From the NCBI GenBank assembly GCA_043228905.1, contig JBHGNT010000005.1, positions 10,912,001 through 10,976,000 on the forward strand: a stretch of DNA of 64,000 bases, given 5' to 3'. This DNA comes from Azolla caroliniana. Lineage: Eukaryota; Plantae; Polypodiophyta. Below, piece by piece: positions 40,401 to 53,816 of the stretch (positions are counted from its first letter, which is position 1; each line of letters begins with the position of its first letter). The position numbers were made by a program, and so were the translations under genes. The notes beneath the pieces were generated by a model that had not been told where the DNA came from, ran no database searches, and saw only the letters and a program-made list of their open reading frames with translations.

Positions 40401-41826
40401 CTTGTTCCTCAAGGTCACCTTGCAGGAACACATTCTTTACATCCATCTGATGTAAGTGCCACCCCTTCACTGTAGCTACTGCGAGCAAAACACGGACGGT
40501 CTTTATTTTCGCGACCGGCACAAATGTCTCATCATAGTTGATGCCGTGTTTCTGCGCGTAGCCCTTTGCCACTAGCCGAGCCTTGTACCGGTTGACCGAG
40601 CCATCGGTGTTGTACTTGACCTTGTACACCCACCTACACCCGATCGGTTTTACCCCAATGTCTCGTTCTCCGCCAATGCGTGCATCTCTTCCTCCATCGC
40701 GGCACGCCAATTCGCGTCTTTAGCCGCTTCTGCGTAGCTCTCCGGCTCACGCACTTCCGCTACACGGGTCATGTACGCATAATGATGCGCCATGTACTCG
40801 TTGTATCCGAACCTCAAAACAGGATTCTTCTGGCGAGTAGATCGGCGTAATCTCTCATTAGCCGATGTCGAGGCCTTCTCGGTCGACGCGGTCTTCACCT
40901 TTAAAGACCCGTCACCAGTTCCATTGGAGTCGGACTCACGTCGGTCTGACTCGTTCCTATCTTTGCCGGAATCCGACACCTTCTTCTTCCCTTTCTCTTT
41001 GCGCGTAAGCCGTCTCCTCGGCTTCCTGCGCGGGGAATGCACGGCCGAGTCTCCACTACTCGCCGGCTCTTCATCGGATTGGTCGTACCGACTCAGTCGT
41101 CCAATCGGTCCACTTAAACGGAGTGAAATTGGACTCTCTTCACGGGTCTCGATTTCGGGCTCATCCGGAGGCATCTCGGCCTCGCTGACCTCATCGTCAG
41201 CGCTCGGATTGGAGTCGGGGTTCAGAGTCGGGGGCTGGTACCAGGACGCGGACTCGTCAAACACAACGTCGCGGCTAACACGTGCTTGTTTGGTGCGAGG
41301 GTTATAACACTTATAACCCTTCTGCTCAACCGAGTAACCGACCAAGATGCATTTCTCGGCCCTTGCGTCCAGCTTCCTCCTTTTCTGCTTTGGTACATGC
41401 ACATACACAATGCTACCGAACACCCTCAAGTGTCGCAAGTTCGGCTTCGTTCCGAAATACAGCTCGTGCGCCGACACTTTGTCTTCGATCCGGTTCTGGA
41501 TGTATACCACGGTCCTTACTGCCTCGGCCCAATAGAACTTGGGCAAGCTCTTGTCCTCCAACAATGCCCGTGCCGCTTCCACAACTGACCGATTCTTCTT
41601 CTTGGCCACACTGTTCTGCTCTGGCGTGTATCTACAACTGAATTCGCGCCGAATTCCCATTTGTTGTAGATAACCGTTGAATTGACCAGAAAAGTACTCT
41701 TTCCCGCCATCCGACCACAGGCACTTGATCTTTCGTCCCGTTTCCGTTTCCACGAACCCTTTGAGGTCCTAGAAACAGTCGAAGACTTCGCTCTTCCTCT
41801 CAATGAGGTAGATCCATGTGTGCCGC
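37485..41826 (-). mobile_element. C2: Ty1/copia, 5'-truncated (INT-RT-RH-3' LTR), interrupted by a solo LTR
   Basis: 3' LTR ~37485-37887 (TGTTGAG...TTTACA). PPT at 37888. Motifs: SDGGKEY, YTPEQN, RYKARLVAKGY, YVDD, WSSKKQ, FHARTKHI. Confidence 0.92.
38981..39776 (+). mobile_element. Solo LTR (C1-related copia family) with a 54-bp tandem array
   Basis: TG...CA ends. TSD GTATG at 38976-38980 and 39777-39781. Splits the C2 RT (QRIL|RYV). Confidence 0.95.
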
Positions 41827-42066
41827 ACACAAGCAAAGTTTACACATGGGAGACACAATTTCGAATGCCTTTGTGAAAGGAGAGGTGCATGGGCAAGCCT
41901 TAACGCTCCCTTGCCACAAGTCACACAAACACACAAGCAAGGTTTACACATGGGAGACACAATTTCGAACGCCTTTGTGAAAGGAGAGGTGCATGGGCAA
42001 GCCCGAACGCTCCCTTGCCACAAGTCGCACGAACACACAAGCAAGGTTTACACACGGGAGACACAA
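41827..42066. repeat. ~103-bp tandem repeat remnant (2+ units), same family as 61605-62340
   Basis: Core TTTGTGAAAGGAGAGGTGCATGGGCAAG occurs twice. Confidence 0.9.
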
Positions 42067-45000
42067 TTTGAAGGTGCATCAAAATAGAAGACCACCAAGA
42101 GTTGTAGGCTTGTGAGATGTAAGAGAATTAGAAAGTTTGGGAAACACTAGTAGGAGAAAATTCTTGTGAGAGAATTGTGCGGTTATTCTCTTGGGTGTTG
42201 CGTTTAACTAGAGAATATTTTCTCTAATTGTGGTAAACTCTCTGTTATATTTTCTTATAGTGGACTCTCTCTCTTGTCCGTGGACATAGGCTAATTTGGC
42301 CGAACCACGTAAACACTTGTCATTTATTTCTCCGCTCCTATATTATCATATTATTGTCATCTATTTAAATTAATGTACTATTTGATCCGAGTGCCATCCT
42401 AACAAATTGGTATCAGAGCGTTGGTTGTTAGTACATTAGTTTTGGTATTATCTTGTTAAGTCAAGATGTCGACGACAAAATTTGATGTCGAGAAGTTTGA
42501 TCGAAAAATCAACTTCTCTCTTTGGCAAGTAAGGATGCGCGCTATCCTTGTGCAGAACGGAGTTCAAAAGGCTTTAGATGTAAGGCTCGGCGGTATGATA
42601 GACATCGGGTGGGAGGAGATAGATGAGAAGGCCTGCTCAACGATTCAATTGTCTTTGGCAAATGAAGTTTTGCGGGAGGTAATCTCTAAGAATACAACGA
42701 AGGCACTATGGTAAAAATTGGAGTCTCTCTATCTGATCTAACAAACAAGCTTTATAAGAAACAATGCTTGTATTCACTTCAGATGAGTGAAGGTACATCT
42801 CTTAGTTCTCATATTGATGAGTTTGAATCTATGATCATGGATTTGCAAAATCTCGATGTTACCATTGATGATGAAGATAAGGCATTGTTGTTGTGGTGTT
42901 CGTTACCCCATTCATATAGACATTTTAGAGAAACTATGTTGTACGGGAAGAATACTATTTCTCTAAAAGATGTCAAATTTTCTTTGGAAACTAAAGAAAA
43001 GATTGATCATGATATCACTGGACAAACAAGTGATAGTCAGGCACAGGGTTTATATGTAAGGGGTAGATCTAAACAAAAAGGGAACAATAGAGACATGCCT
43101 AAATCTAGATCTAAATCCAGAAGTAGGTCTGTTGTGTGTTGGCACTATTAGGAACCAGGGCATGTTTGCCAGAATTGTGATAAGTTGCAAAGGAAAAAGA
43201 ATACTCCACAAGATAGAAAGGAGGACGTAGGTAAGGCTATTGTTGCTGAAGTCGGAGGCGATGTTGATGTGCTCCTTGTGACGGAAAAGCCAATCAAACT
43301 GAACGATGAGTGGATTATGGATATTGGTTGTTCTTATCATATGTGTCCCAATCAGGACTGGTTTTCATCATACGAGTCTATTGATGGAGGAATAGTTTTG
43401 ATGGGGAATAATGCTTCATGAAAAACTATTGGAATAGGAATAATACGGATCCGGATGGTTGATGGGATTGTCAGAACATTGACTGATGTGAGGCATGTTC
43501 CTGATCTAAAGAAGAATCTCATCTCATTGGGCACCCTCGACGCCAACGGGTGCAAGTTCTCAGCTGAAGGTGGAGTATTAAAAGTTAGCAAATGTGCGTT
43601 GGTTGTGATCATAGATTGACACATGCGTGATATTCGTGATATTCTCCATGCGCAATATTCTCAATATTCGAGAATACAAAATGGCCCCAAGCATATTAAA
43701 AAACCATTCGTTTTGTAAAATAAATATAAAATATTTATTTATTTATTTAAATAAAGGTATTTCACCAAAAAAAACAACTATTCATTAATAGATTATAGTG
43801 TCAAGAGAGTACTTGACTACCCATTCGTATTCGTATTCATTTGCATTCGAATGGGAAACCCGACGAATGCAAATATGTCAATCTATGGTTGTGATGGAGG
43901 CTAGAAAAGTAGGAAGCATGTATGTATTACATGGCTTGACAATGACAGGTTCTGCAACAGTTTCTTCATCGTCTATGTCGGAATTTGATGTTACGAAGTT
44001 ATGGCATATAAGGCTCGGGCATATGAGCGAGAAAGGTTTAACCTTGTTGAGCAAACGAGGACTACTTTGTGGCCAAAGTATGGGAAAGATGGATTTTTGT
44101 GAGCACTGTATTCGGAAAGCAGAAGAGACTTAGCTTTGGCATTGGAATCCATAAGACTAGAGGTTCTTTGGATTATATTCACTCTGATTTGTGGGGACCA
44201 GCACCAGTTCTATCAAAAGGAGGAGCTCAATATCTTTTGACTTTTATTGACGATTTTTCAAGAAAAGTCTGGGTTTATTTTCTTAAACACAAAAGTGATG
44301 TGTTTGATACTTTCAAGAAGTGGAAAATTCTGATTGAGAAGCAGACGAGAAAGCAGATTAGAAGATTTCGAACTGATTATGGTTTGGAATTCTGCGGAGG
44401 AGATTTTAACAGGTTTTACGAGGCTGAAAGAATTTCCAGACATCGCACAATAGTTAAAACACCGCAACAGAATGGCGTAGCTGAGCGCATGAACAAAACT
44501 CTTTTGGAGAGGGCTCGTTGTATGCTTTCCAATGCTGGGTTGTCCAAAGACTTTTGGGCTGAAGCAGTTTCCACGACATGTTTCGTGGTGAATCGTTCAT
44601 CGTCAACTACGATTGAGTTCAAAACTCCTGAAGAGGTATGGGCCGGTAAACCTGCTGATTATTCAAATTTGAGAATATTTGGATGTCCTACTTATATGCA
44701 TGTTAGTGAAGGAAAATTGGAGCCTCGAGCTAGAAAATGTATTTTTCTTGGTTATGCTTCTGGGGTGAAAGGATATAGGTTGTGGTGTCCTGATCCTAAG
44801 TCACCTAAATTTGCAATTAGTAGAGATGTTACTTTTAATGAATCTTCTCTACTGAATCCTAGAAAGGAGCCTGTGGTTTCTTCTGATACATATGAGACGG
44901 GAAGTACATCGAAGCAAGTGGAGCTTGAAGCTCCAAGTCCACCAGTGTTGGCTGAAACACATGCTCCTGAACCTGTAGAAGAGGAGCTTGATGTCGTAGA

Positions 45001-47271
45001 AGAAGCACCTCCTAAGGAAGAACGAAGTATTGCAAGAGATAGACCAAGAAGAGAAATTAGACCACCACAGAGATATGCTGATTTTGTTGCATATGCTTTA
45101 TCAGTTGGAGAAGAAACAAATTCTATTGGCGAGCCAACTTCTTACTCTGAAGCTATTTCCTCTGTTGATTCCACCAAGTGCTTGATTTCTATGCAAGAAG
45201 AAATTGAGTCTCTTTATAAAAACGAAACTTGGGTACTTGTGAAGCCGCCAGCTAGACAAAGGATTGTTGGTTGTAAATGGATCTTCAACATAAAGGAAGG
45301 AATTCTTGGAGTGGACAAAGCAAGGTACAAGGCATGGTTAGTAGCTAAAGGCTACAGTCAGGTACCATGTGTTGATTTTAATGATATTTTCTCACCTGTT
45401 GTGAAACATAGTTCTATTCGTGTCTTGCTTGCATTAGTTGCTATGCATGATTTGGAGTTAGAACAACTTGATGTAAAAACCGCATTTCTACATGGTGAAC
45501 TTGACAAAGATATTTACATGCAACAACCAGAAGGGTTTGTTGTTGAAGGAAAAGAAGATTATGTTTGCCTATTGAAGAAATCGTTGTACGGTTTAAAACA
45601 GCCTTCAAGACAGTGGTACAAGCGATTTGATTCCTTTATGGTTGGCATCGGATACTCAAGAAGCAATTATGACAGCTGTGTTTATTTCAGGAAGACTCAT
45701 GATAGTTCATTTATCTATTTGCTTCTTTATGTTGATGACATGTTGATAGCAGCTAAAAATATGTCGGATATTGAATAATTAAAGAAATAGTTGAACAGAG
45801 TGTTCGAGATGAAGGATCTTGGTGCAGCAAAAAAGATCCTTGGCATGGAAATTGAAAGAGATCGTAATGGTGGAAAGTTGTATTTAACTCAAAAGAGTTA
45901 TATTGAGAAAGTGTTGGAGAGGTTTGGTATGAAAAATGCTAAACCAGTATCGACTCCGTTTGCAACGCATTTTAAGTTATCAGCTTCTTTATCACCAAAG
46001 TCAGATAATGAAAAGAGATACATGGCAAGAGTTCCCTACTCCAGTGTAGTTGGTAGCATGATGTATGCTATGGTTTGTACAAGTCCAGATATTTCACATG
46101 CTATGAATGTAGCCAGCAGATATATGGCTTGTCTTGGAAAATCACACTGGAATGCAGTGAAATGGATTTTAAGATATTTGCGTGGGACTTCAGACGCTTG
46201 TCTGGAGTTTGGCAGGAGTAGCAGTTCTCTAGTTGGCTATGTTGACTCTGACTACGCCAGTGATCTTGATAAAAGAAGATCACTGACAGGGTATGTATTC
46301 ACTCTAGGTGGAAGTGCAGTTAGTTGGAAAGCTTCGTTGCAACCCATGGTTGCGTTATCAACGACAGCGGTAGAGTACATTGCAGTGACAGAGGTGATTA
46401 AAGAAGCTATCTGGTTAAGAGGCTTGCTTGAGGAACTCAGTTCTTGTTCGGACAAGATCGACATTTTTTATGTGATAGTCAAAGTGCCATTCATTTGACT
46501 AAAGATCAGATGTTCCATGAAAGAACTAAGCACATCGATATCAAGTATCACTTTGTTCGTGATGTTATTTCGCGGGGTGATATCTCAGTGAAAAAGATTT
46601 CAACTCATGAGAATCCCGTAGATATGTTGACGAAGCCTCTTCCAAGAATCAAGTTCAAGCATTCCTTGAATTTGATTGGTATAACCAATAATTGAGTTAT
46701 CCGGAAAAGGTGGAGTGAGATGACTATGAAATTCAAGTCAAGGTGGAGATTTGTTAAAATGACTTGAATTAATTGGTGTGGTTTATGGAAAGCCACGTCT
46801 CTCATCTGCATGATCTACACAAAGCATGATGACTAATTGCAAAGTCATCAGTCTTGGTGAATATATGAAGGCCATGTGCATCATTACTATAAAAAGTCGG
46901 TGAAGTGAAGGCTATAAAAAGGCAACCTTAGTCGTTTGAAGGTGCATCAAAATAGAAGACCACCAAGAGTTGTAGGCTTGTGAGATGTAAGAGAATTAGA
47001 AAGTTTGGGAAACACTAGTAGGAGAAAATTCTTGTGAGAGAATTGTGAGGTTATTCTCTTGGGTGTTGGGTTTAATTAGAGAATATTTTCTCTAATTGTT
47101 GTAAACTCTCTGTTATATTTTCTTATAGTGGAATCTCTCTTTGTCTGTGGACGTAGGCTAATTTGGCCGAACCACGTAAATACTTGTCATTTATTTCTCC
47201 GCTCCTATATTATCATATTATTGTCATCTATTTAAACTGATGTACTTTTTGATCTGAGTGCCATCCTAACA
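42067..47271 (+). mobile_element. C3: Ty1/copia (Tnt1/Tork-like), near full length, 5' LTR truncated
   Basis: 5' LTR remnant 42067-42404. PBS TGGTATCAGAGC at 42408. gag-pol 42466-46695 with stops/frameshifts ([38 protein letters not shown]). PPT aaggtggag. 3' LTR 46752-47271. Confidence 0.95.
43610..43887. mobile_element. hAT-superfamily MITE (278 bp) inserted in C3 pol
   Basis: 12-bp perfect TIR CATAGATTGACA / TGTCAATCTATG. 8-bp TSD GTTGTGAT at 43602-43609 and 43888-43895. Confidence 0.93.
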
Positions 47272-47351
47272 CCAACATCCTCTTCATTGGAGTGCAGATC
47301 TTCTTCACCCTCGTACCTTGCCCTTGACAACATATCGGCCACCACATTATG
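47272..47351 (-). mobile_element. G5 fragment (end of RNase H), continuous with 60084 after removal of G4
   Basis: Joined reading: EIRHITGKH|NVVADMLSRARYEGEED. Confidence 0.85.
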
Positions 47352-47692
47352 TGCTAGGAATAGTACTAAAACAAAGAGAGAATTAGTACCGGAGAAGGGA
47401 AATACTATTAGTACTAAGAGGACGGAACTGCGTAAGACACCCGAGAGAGGGAGAGAGAGAGAGAGATGATGATAACAGATGATATATTATATGAAGAGTA
47501 AGTACAAAATGACTATGAGGCTTAAGACTAGCGTTGAACCAATTTGGTTCAACATAATGCCTTGTGCCTCCTTTTATAATGTTCTCAGGAGGAGTCCTGA
47601 AGCTTCTAGAATGTTCTAGAGAAATCTGGAATATACATTAATTTCCTATAATAAAATTGAAATGAAAATAATATCCTATGTATTACAATAGA

Positions 47693-47747
47693 TGGTATAA
47701 TGGTCAAGAGCTCGACCCATATAACATAAGGTCATGGGTTCGAGTCT
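47693..47747 (+). promoter_or_regulatory. tRNA-like Pol III A-box/B-box cassette in the G4 3' LTR (degraded copy at 60014-60068)
   Basis: A-box TGGTATAATGG fits TRGYNNARYGG; AGGTC variable loop; B-box GGTTCGAGTC; 45-nt U8-G53 spacing. Confidence 0.78.
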
Positions 47748-47841
47748 TGCCATATCATGACACTCTCCCCCACTTAAGACGACGAGTAATGAGTCGGCGC
47801 TGATTGAGGATTGGGTTTGTCCGGATACTGTTAGTGGAAAT

Positions 47842-50800
47842 TGTTGAGAAGCAAGCTCAACATGGTATGTGATGGTTATTGGGAAATAAGCTATAGTAGC
47901 TATTTAGCTACTTGTGAACATAAAGGAGAAACAACTAATTAGCTGCATATGTAAGTAACTTATTACTTAGGTAAAAAGTAAGAGAGTAGGTAAGTAAGAA
48001 ATATACAAGAAGTAGAACTCTGAGAGAGAGAGTGAGGATAGAGAGAAAGAACTCAGAGAGTGAGAGTAGAAGAGAGAAATAGACGAGAGGTAATGAAATA
48101 GAAGAAGTTTTGGCTACTACAGAAGTAAATCTCCTTCCCCCTTCCCCCTTCCCTTCTGTGTTTGAGCACCAAACGAGCCAGCACATCACGATCCGCCGCG
48201 CACATAATAAGAGCCTGAGTGCCTTCTTCACATTTTCTTAACATGGTATCAGAGCGAGTTGCTCATAAAGAAGAGTACAGAAGTGCATAGATCTAAGAAA
48301 GGTATTTCTTTGTTTGCGGATTGAAATTAGAAAGTTACTTGTTGAAGTAATCGTAGCAGAAACCCTAGTTTGGAAGAGATAATGGCTGCAGAGAATGTGG
48401 GCCAAATAGTTACAGAGAAACTAGATAAAAACAATTTCCCGGCGTGGAAATTTAGAATGACAAATTTCTTGATGGGGAAAGGATACTGGGATCACATTGA
48501 AGGAGACCTAGAAGAGGCTCCGGAGATCCCAGAAGAAAATGCCACAGCAGCACAGATTAAAGCATTCAAATATTGGAATCAAGGGGCAAGGAAGGTATTG
48601 GCTCTCACTTAGCATCCTAGATTCGATGCTTGGGCACATACAGGATGCTATGCTCCCAAAAGAAGCCTGGGACAATTTGGTAAAACTGTTTGCAGTAAAC
48701 ACAAAAGCTAGAAAGCTACAGTTGAAGACTGAGCTAAATACCTTAGAAAAAGGTAAGATGTCAATAAATGAGTATGTTTTGAAAATAAAGAGCATATGTG
48801 AATCACTTGCTTCTATCAATGTAAAGATAGAAGATGATGATAAGGTAGAAATATGCTTGAGAGGCTTAGGACCTCAATACAAAAGCTTTAAAACCCTCTA
48901 TGCTTACAAGGGATAGTATCCCAACTTTTCCAGATCTGGTTTCAATGCTTGTAGTAGAAGAAAGGAATCAGATGGATGATGTAAATAAAGGAAATCTTGA
49001 GAATGAGGGGCAAGCCCTATATAATAGTGCTGGAAGAGGCCGAGGAAGAGGCCATGAAAGATTTGGCTCAACAAGAACCAACAATAATGGTTATCAAGGA
49101 AGAGGACAACAAAACATTAGAGGAAGAAACAACAGAGGCAGGGGGAGCAACCAAGGTAGAGGTAAGCAAACATATGTAAATGATGATGGCTGTTGGTATT
49201 GTTGAAAACTAGGCCACACATAGGCTGAATGTTACAAGAAGAAAAATGATGGCCAAAGAGGAAAGAGACAGCAGAATAACTATGCCCAAACTAGTGAAGA
49301 TTGTGAAAAGGATGGTGCATTTGTGGTACAACATGAGATAGCAACAGTGGCTGAAAGCTCACAGAAATGTAATGAAGAGTTTACATGGTATGTAGACTCG
49401 GGGGCATCTAACCATATGACTGGACATGCAAACTGGTTTGAAAGGTTAAGAGAACCAGAGATTCCTGGCTACGTACAGACGGGTGATAATAGTACTCACC
49501 AAATAGAACATGTTGGAGATATCCCATTGTGGGAAGAAAAAGGAAAGACTAAGTATATGTTTAATGTAATGCATGTTCCAAATCTTGCTAAGAATCTAAT
49601 TTCTGTTGGACAGATAGTAGAGCAAGGTATGCAAGTAAAGTTTAAGCAAAGTGGATGCTATATAGAAAAGAATGGGAAGCTCATTGCAAAAGGAAAACGA
49701 CAAGGAAGAATGTTTATTTTGGATGTTGACATGCCTAGACAGATTTCAGCTATGTTTGCAAATGGAATGAGTGTAGTCTCAGATGTGGAAATGTGGCATA
49801 AAAGGATTGGCCACATAAGTATGCAAACCCTAAAGAATATGTTGAGAAAAGATGCAGTGGCTGGACTGCCAAAACTGAAAAATTGTGAAATGGAAAAGAT
49901 ATGTGAAGCATGTCAATATGGAAAGCAAAATAGGTTGCCATTCCCTCATGAAAGACATGTAAGTAAAAATTTGTTGGATTTGGTACATACGAATGTATGG
50001 GGACCAACTAAGAATGCATCTATCGGTGGTTGCAGATTGTATGTAACTTTTATTGATGATTGCTCAAGGAAAACATGGGTGTACTTCATGAAAGAGAAAA
50101 GTGAAGTGTTTGAATGTTTTCGTAAGTTTAAATGCATGGTGGAAAAGCAGGCAGGTACAAGAATAAAATGTTTAAGATCTACAGTTCACATGTAGATATA
50201 CTCCACAGCAAAATGGAGTTGCTGAGAGGAAAAACAGAACATTGGTGAACATTGCAAGGGCTTTGATGACAGAGAAGAATATGCCATTGTACTATTGGGT
50301 AGAAGCTGTAAATACAACAAATTATATTCTAAATAGATGTATAACATCGAGAGTACATGAAGCAACTCCTGAAGAGTTTTTCTATGGAAGGAAATCTAGT
50401 TTAGAACACTTAAAAGTGTTTGGATGCCTTGCATATGTACATATGCCTGCAGAAGTAAGAAGTAAGCTGGGTCCAAAAGCAGAAAAATGTATTTTTGTTG
50501 GCTATTCAGGAGAACAGAAAGGGTATAGATGCTATAACCCTGTAACAAAGAAGATTGGAACAAGTAGGGATGTAATATTTGATGAGTTAGCCAGTTGGTA
50601 CAGTCCAAAACAGAATCCAGAGACTGATGAAGACAATGAGATTGAAGACATAGACAAATCTGAAAATGTAGAAGACTGCCACAGAGATGGAAGCAAGGTT
50701 GGACAGCAAAGTCCAACATCAATAGAATGTTCTGGACCATCAAAAAGCTCAGATGGTAAATTTGATTCGAATTCTTGGAGTGGAAAAAGTGGAGGACACA

Positions 50801-52924
50801 AAAAATGTGATGATAAAAAAGGAAAACAGAAAATGCCAGAGTATGAAATGTTGGATGACTTGTCTAAAAACATGGAAGATGAGGATTCAGATATGTCATT
50901 GGATGATCTTCTTGGTATAAGAGGATTGAAAATCCTTAGTATGGAAAAAGCATTGAAGGATGCAAATCAGAAACTAAGAAGATCAGATAGAGAGAAAAAA
51001 ACTGTTGAAAGATTTGGTTATGATACATATATGGCTATGCATTATGCATATATGTCTAAGGTGGTACAGATCCCTGATCCAAGTAGTTTTGATGAGGCTA
51101 AAACTGAGAAGAAATGGGTGGATGCAATGCAAGAAGAGATTGATGCATTGGCTGAAAACAGAACATGGGATTTGGTGAAGTTACCAAAAGGAAAAAATGT
51201 GGTAGGTTGCAAATGGGTCTACAAGACAAAGCATGATTCCAGTGGGAATGTAAGTAGACATAAAGCAAGATTGGTTGCAAAGGGATATGCCCAAAGGCAA
51301 GGAATTGATTATGATGAGACATTTGCACTGGTTGCAAAGATGGCAACATTGAGGATATTATTGGCTGTAGGTGCAGCCAGAAGATGGTTTCTTCATCATA
51401 TGGATGTAAAAAATGCTTTTTTACATGGTAACTTGGAAGAAGAAGTGTATATGTGTCAACCACCAGGTTTTGAAGATAGGAAGCATCCAGATTATGTATG
51501 TAAGCTGAAAAAGGCTCTCTATGGACTGAAACAGGCACCAAGAGCATGGCACAGAGAACTTTCAGATTATCTGAAAAAACTTGACTTCAAAATGTCAAAG
51601 GTTGATTCATCATTGTATGTTAAAAGGAAATATGATTGTATTGTTGTGATTCTAATTTATATTGATGATCTCATCATTGGAGGTGATTCCATGGATGAAA
51701 TAAGTAAGCTGAAAAGAAATTTGGAAATGCAGTTTCATATGAAAGATTTGGGAGATCTGAGATATTTTTTGGGTATTAAAATCATCAGATCTAAAAGTGG
51801 TATATATGTGTTGCAAAGAAAATATGCAACAACTATGTTGAAAAAGTATGGTATGCTTGGATGCAAACCTATTGGAGTACCACTAGACAAAAACTGCAAA
51901 TTGAGGGCTGATTTGGGAGCCAAAATAGAAGATGTAAACATGTACAGGTCTATGGTGGGCAGCCTTATTTATTTGACCATAACAAGACCTGATTTGAGTT
52001 ATGCAGTTGGATTAGTCAGCCAATTTATGCAACAACCAACAAAGCCGCATTTGGACTGCATTAGAAGAATTTTGAGGTATGTAAAAGCTACTAAGAACTA
52101 TGGATTGTTTTACAGGGCTGATTTGGACATAAATCTGGAAGGATATATAGATGCTGATTGGCTAGAAGCCAAATAGATAGAAGATCCACAAGTGGATATA
52201 TGTTTACATTGGGAAGTGCAGGTATTTCATGGAGTAGCAAGAAACAGGCTACTGTTGCATTGTCTAGTACTGAAGTTGAGTACAGAGGAGCCGCCATAGC
52301 CACTTGTGAAGAGGTATGGATCAGAAGATTGCTTGATGATTTGGGAGAGTATATAGATGGTATTGTCACAATCTGGTGTGACAATATGAGCAACATTCAA
52401 CTTGCAAAAAACCTAGTGTTCCATGCAAGAACAAAGCATCATGGAAAAGAAGTTGTAGATAACCCCAAGAAAGGACACGTTGAGCTTGAGGGGGAGTGTT
52501 GAGAAGCAAGCTCAACATGGTATGTGATGCTTATTGGGAAATAAGCTATAGTAGCTATTTAGCTACTTGTGAACATAAAGGAGAAACAACTAATTAGCTA
52601 CTGACAGCTAATTAGTTGCATAAGTAACTTATTACTTAGGTAAAAAGTAAGAGAGTAGGTAAGTAAGAAATATACAGGAAGTAGAACTCTGAGAGAGAGA
52701 GAGTGAGGATAGAGAGAAAGAACTTAGAGAGTGAGAGTAGAAGAGAGAAACAAACGAGAGCAAGTAGAGCTCTGCGTGTAATGAAATAGAAGAAGTTTTG
52801 GCTGCTACAGAGGTAAGTCTCCTTCCCCCTTCCCTTCTATGTTTGAACACCAAACGATCCAGCACACCACGATCCGCCGCGCACATAAGAACAGCCCGAG
52901 TGCCTTCTTCACGTTTTCTTAACA
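47842..52924 (+). mobile_element. C4: full-length Ty1/copia inserted in the G4 chromodomain
   Basis: LTRs 47842-48243 and 52497-52924. TSD GAAAT/AAAAT. PBS TGGTATCAGAGC at 48244. PPT gagggggag. gag-pol 48382-~52440 (WYVDSGASNHM, CEACQYGKQ, YIDD, WSSKKQ) with stops and small deletions. Confidence 0.96.
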
Positions 52925-53816
52925 AAAATCAGTAAGAAGATCCTGAGCATTGGCGACATGCTCGACGGGTTCCCAAGTACGTTTGCTCGGACTATAGCCA
53001 AACCAATCGACCAAATAATAAAGTTTGTTACGAACAAATTTGGAGTCGAGGACGACAACAACTTTATACTCCGGGCCGGCGTTTAACTCAAGCGGGGGCG
53101 GCTATGGTGTAACACGATCGGGAATAGTGTTTGCTTTATAAGGTTCAAGAAGAGAACTATGGAAGACCAGATGTATCTGAAGATGTGGAGGAAGATCAAG
53201 GCGGAATGTGACATCATTAACCTTACCGGTAATACGGAAAGGACCAAGTCGTCGATAATCCAACTAGTAGCACGGTCAAGTAGTCTTGATGTGACGACGT
53301 AAGAGCCATGCTTGATCTCCGATGGCAAAAGAGGAGGAAAGCCGATGACGATCCGCATAAGTCTTCTGTGTGTGTTGAGCATGATGAACATGAGTAGAGA
53401 GATCCATCTGGATCTTGCGTAGCCTCTCCAAATGATCCTGGGCACGAGGATTGGTAGGTAGCTCCGTAGTGTCGATCACAGACCAGCGAGGATGAGAACG
53501 AGTATAAGCGTAAAATGGGGAGACCCGAGTCGAGGAGTGAATAGCATTATTATAAGCAAACTCCGCAAAGTGGAGAATATCAGCCCAATCGTCCTGCTGA
53601 TAACTCAGAAAACACCGGAGGTATTGTTCTAACGTTTGATTTGTTCATTCTGCCTGCCCATCGGTCTGGGGATGGTAGCCAGAGGAGAGGTTACAAGAGA
53701 CCTTGAGCATCTTGAAGAGATGCTTCCAAAATTTGGAGACGAATTGAGGTCCTCGGTCACTGATGATACTGTCTGGGAGGCCATGATGCCGAAATACCTC
53801 ACGCATGACAAGGGTG

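Noticed and set aside
47686-47760. Functional tRNA gene
   Set aside because: Acceptor, anticodon and T stems do not pair properly. Kept only as a tRNA-derived promoter cassette.
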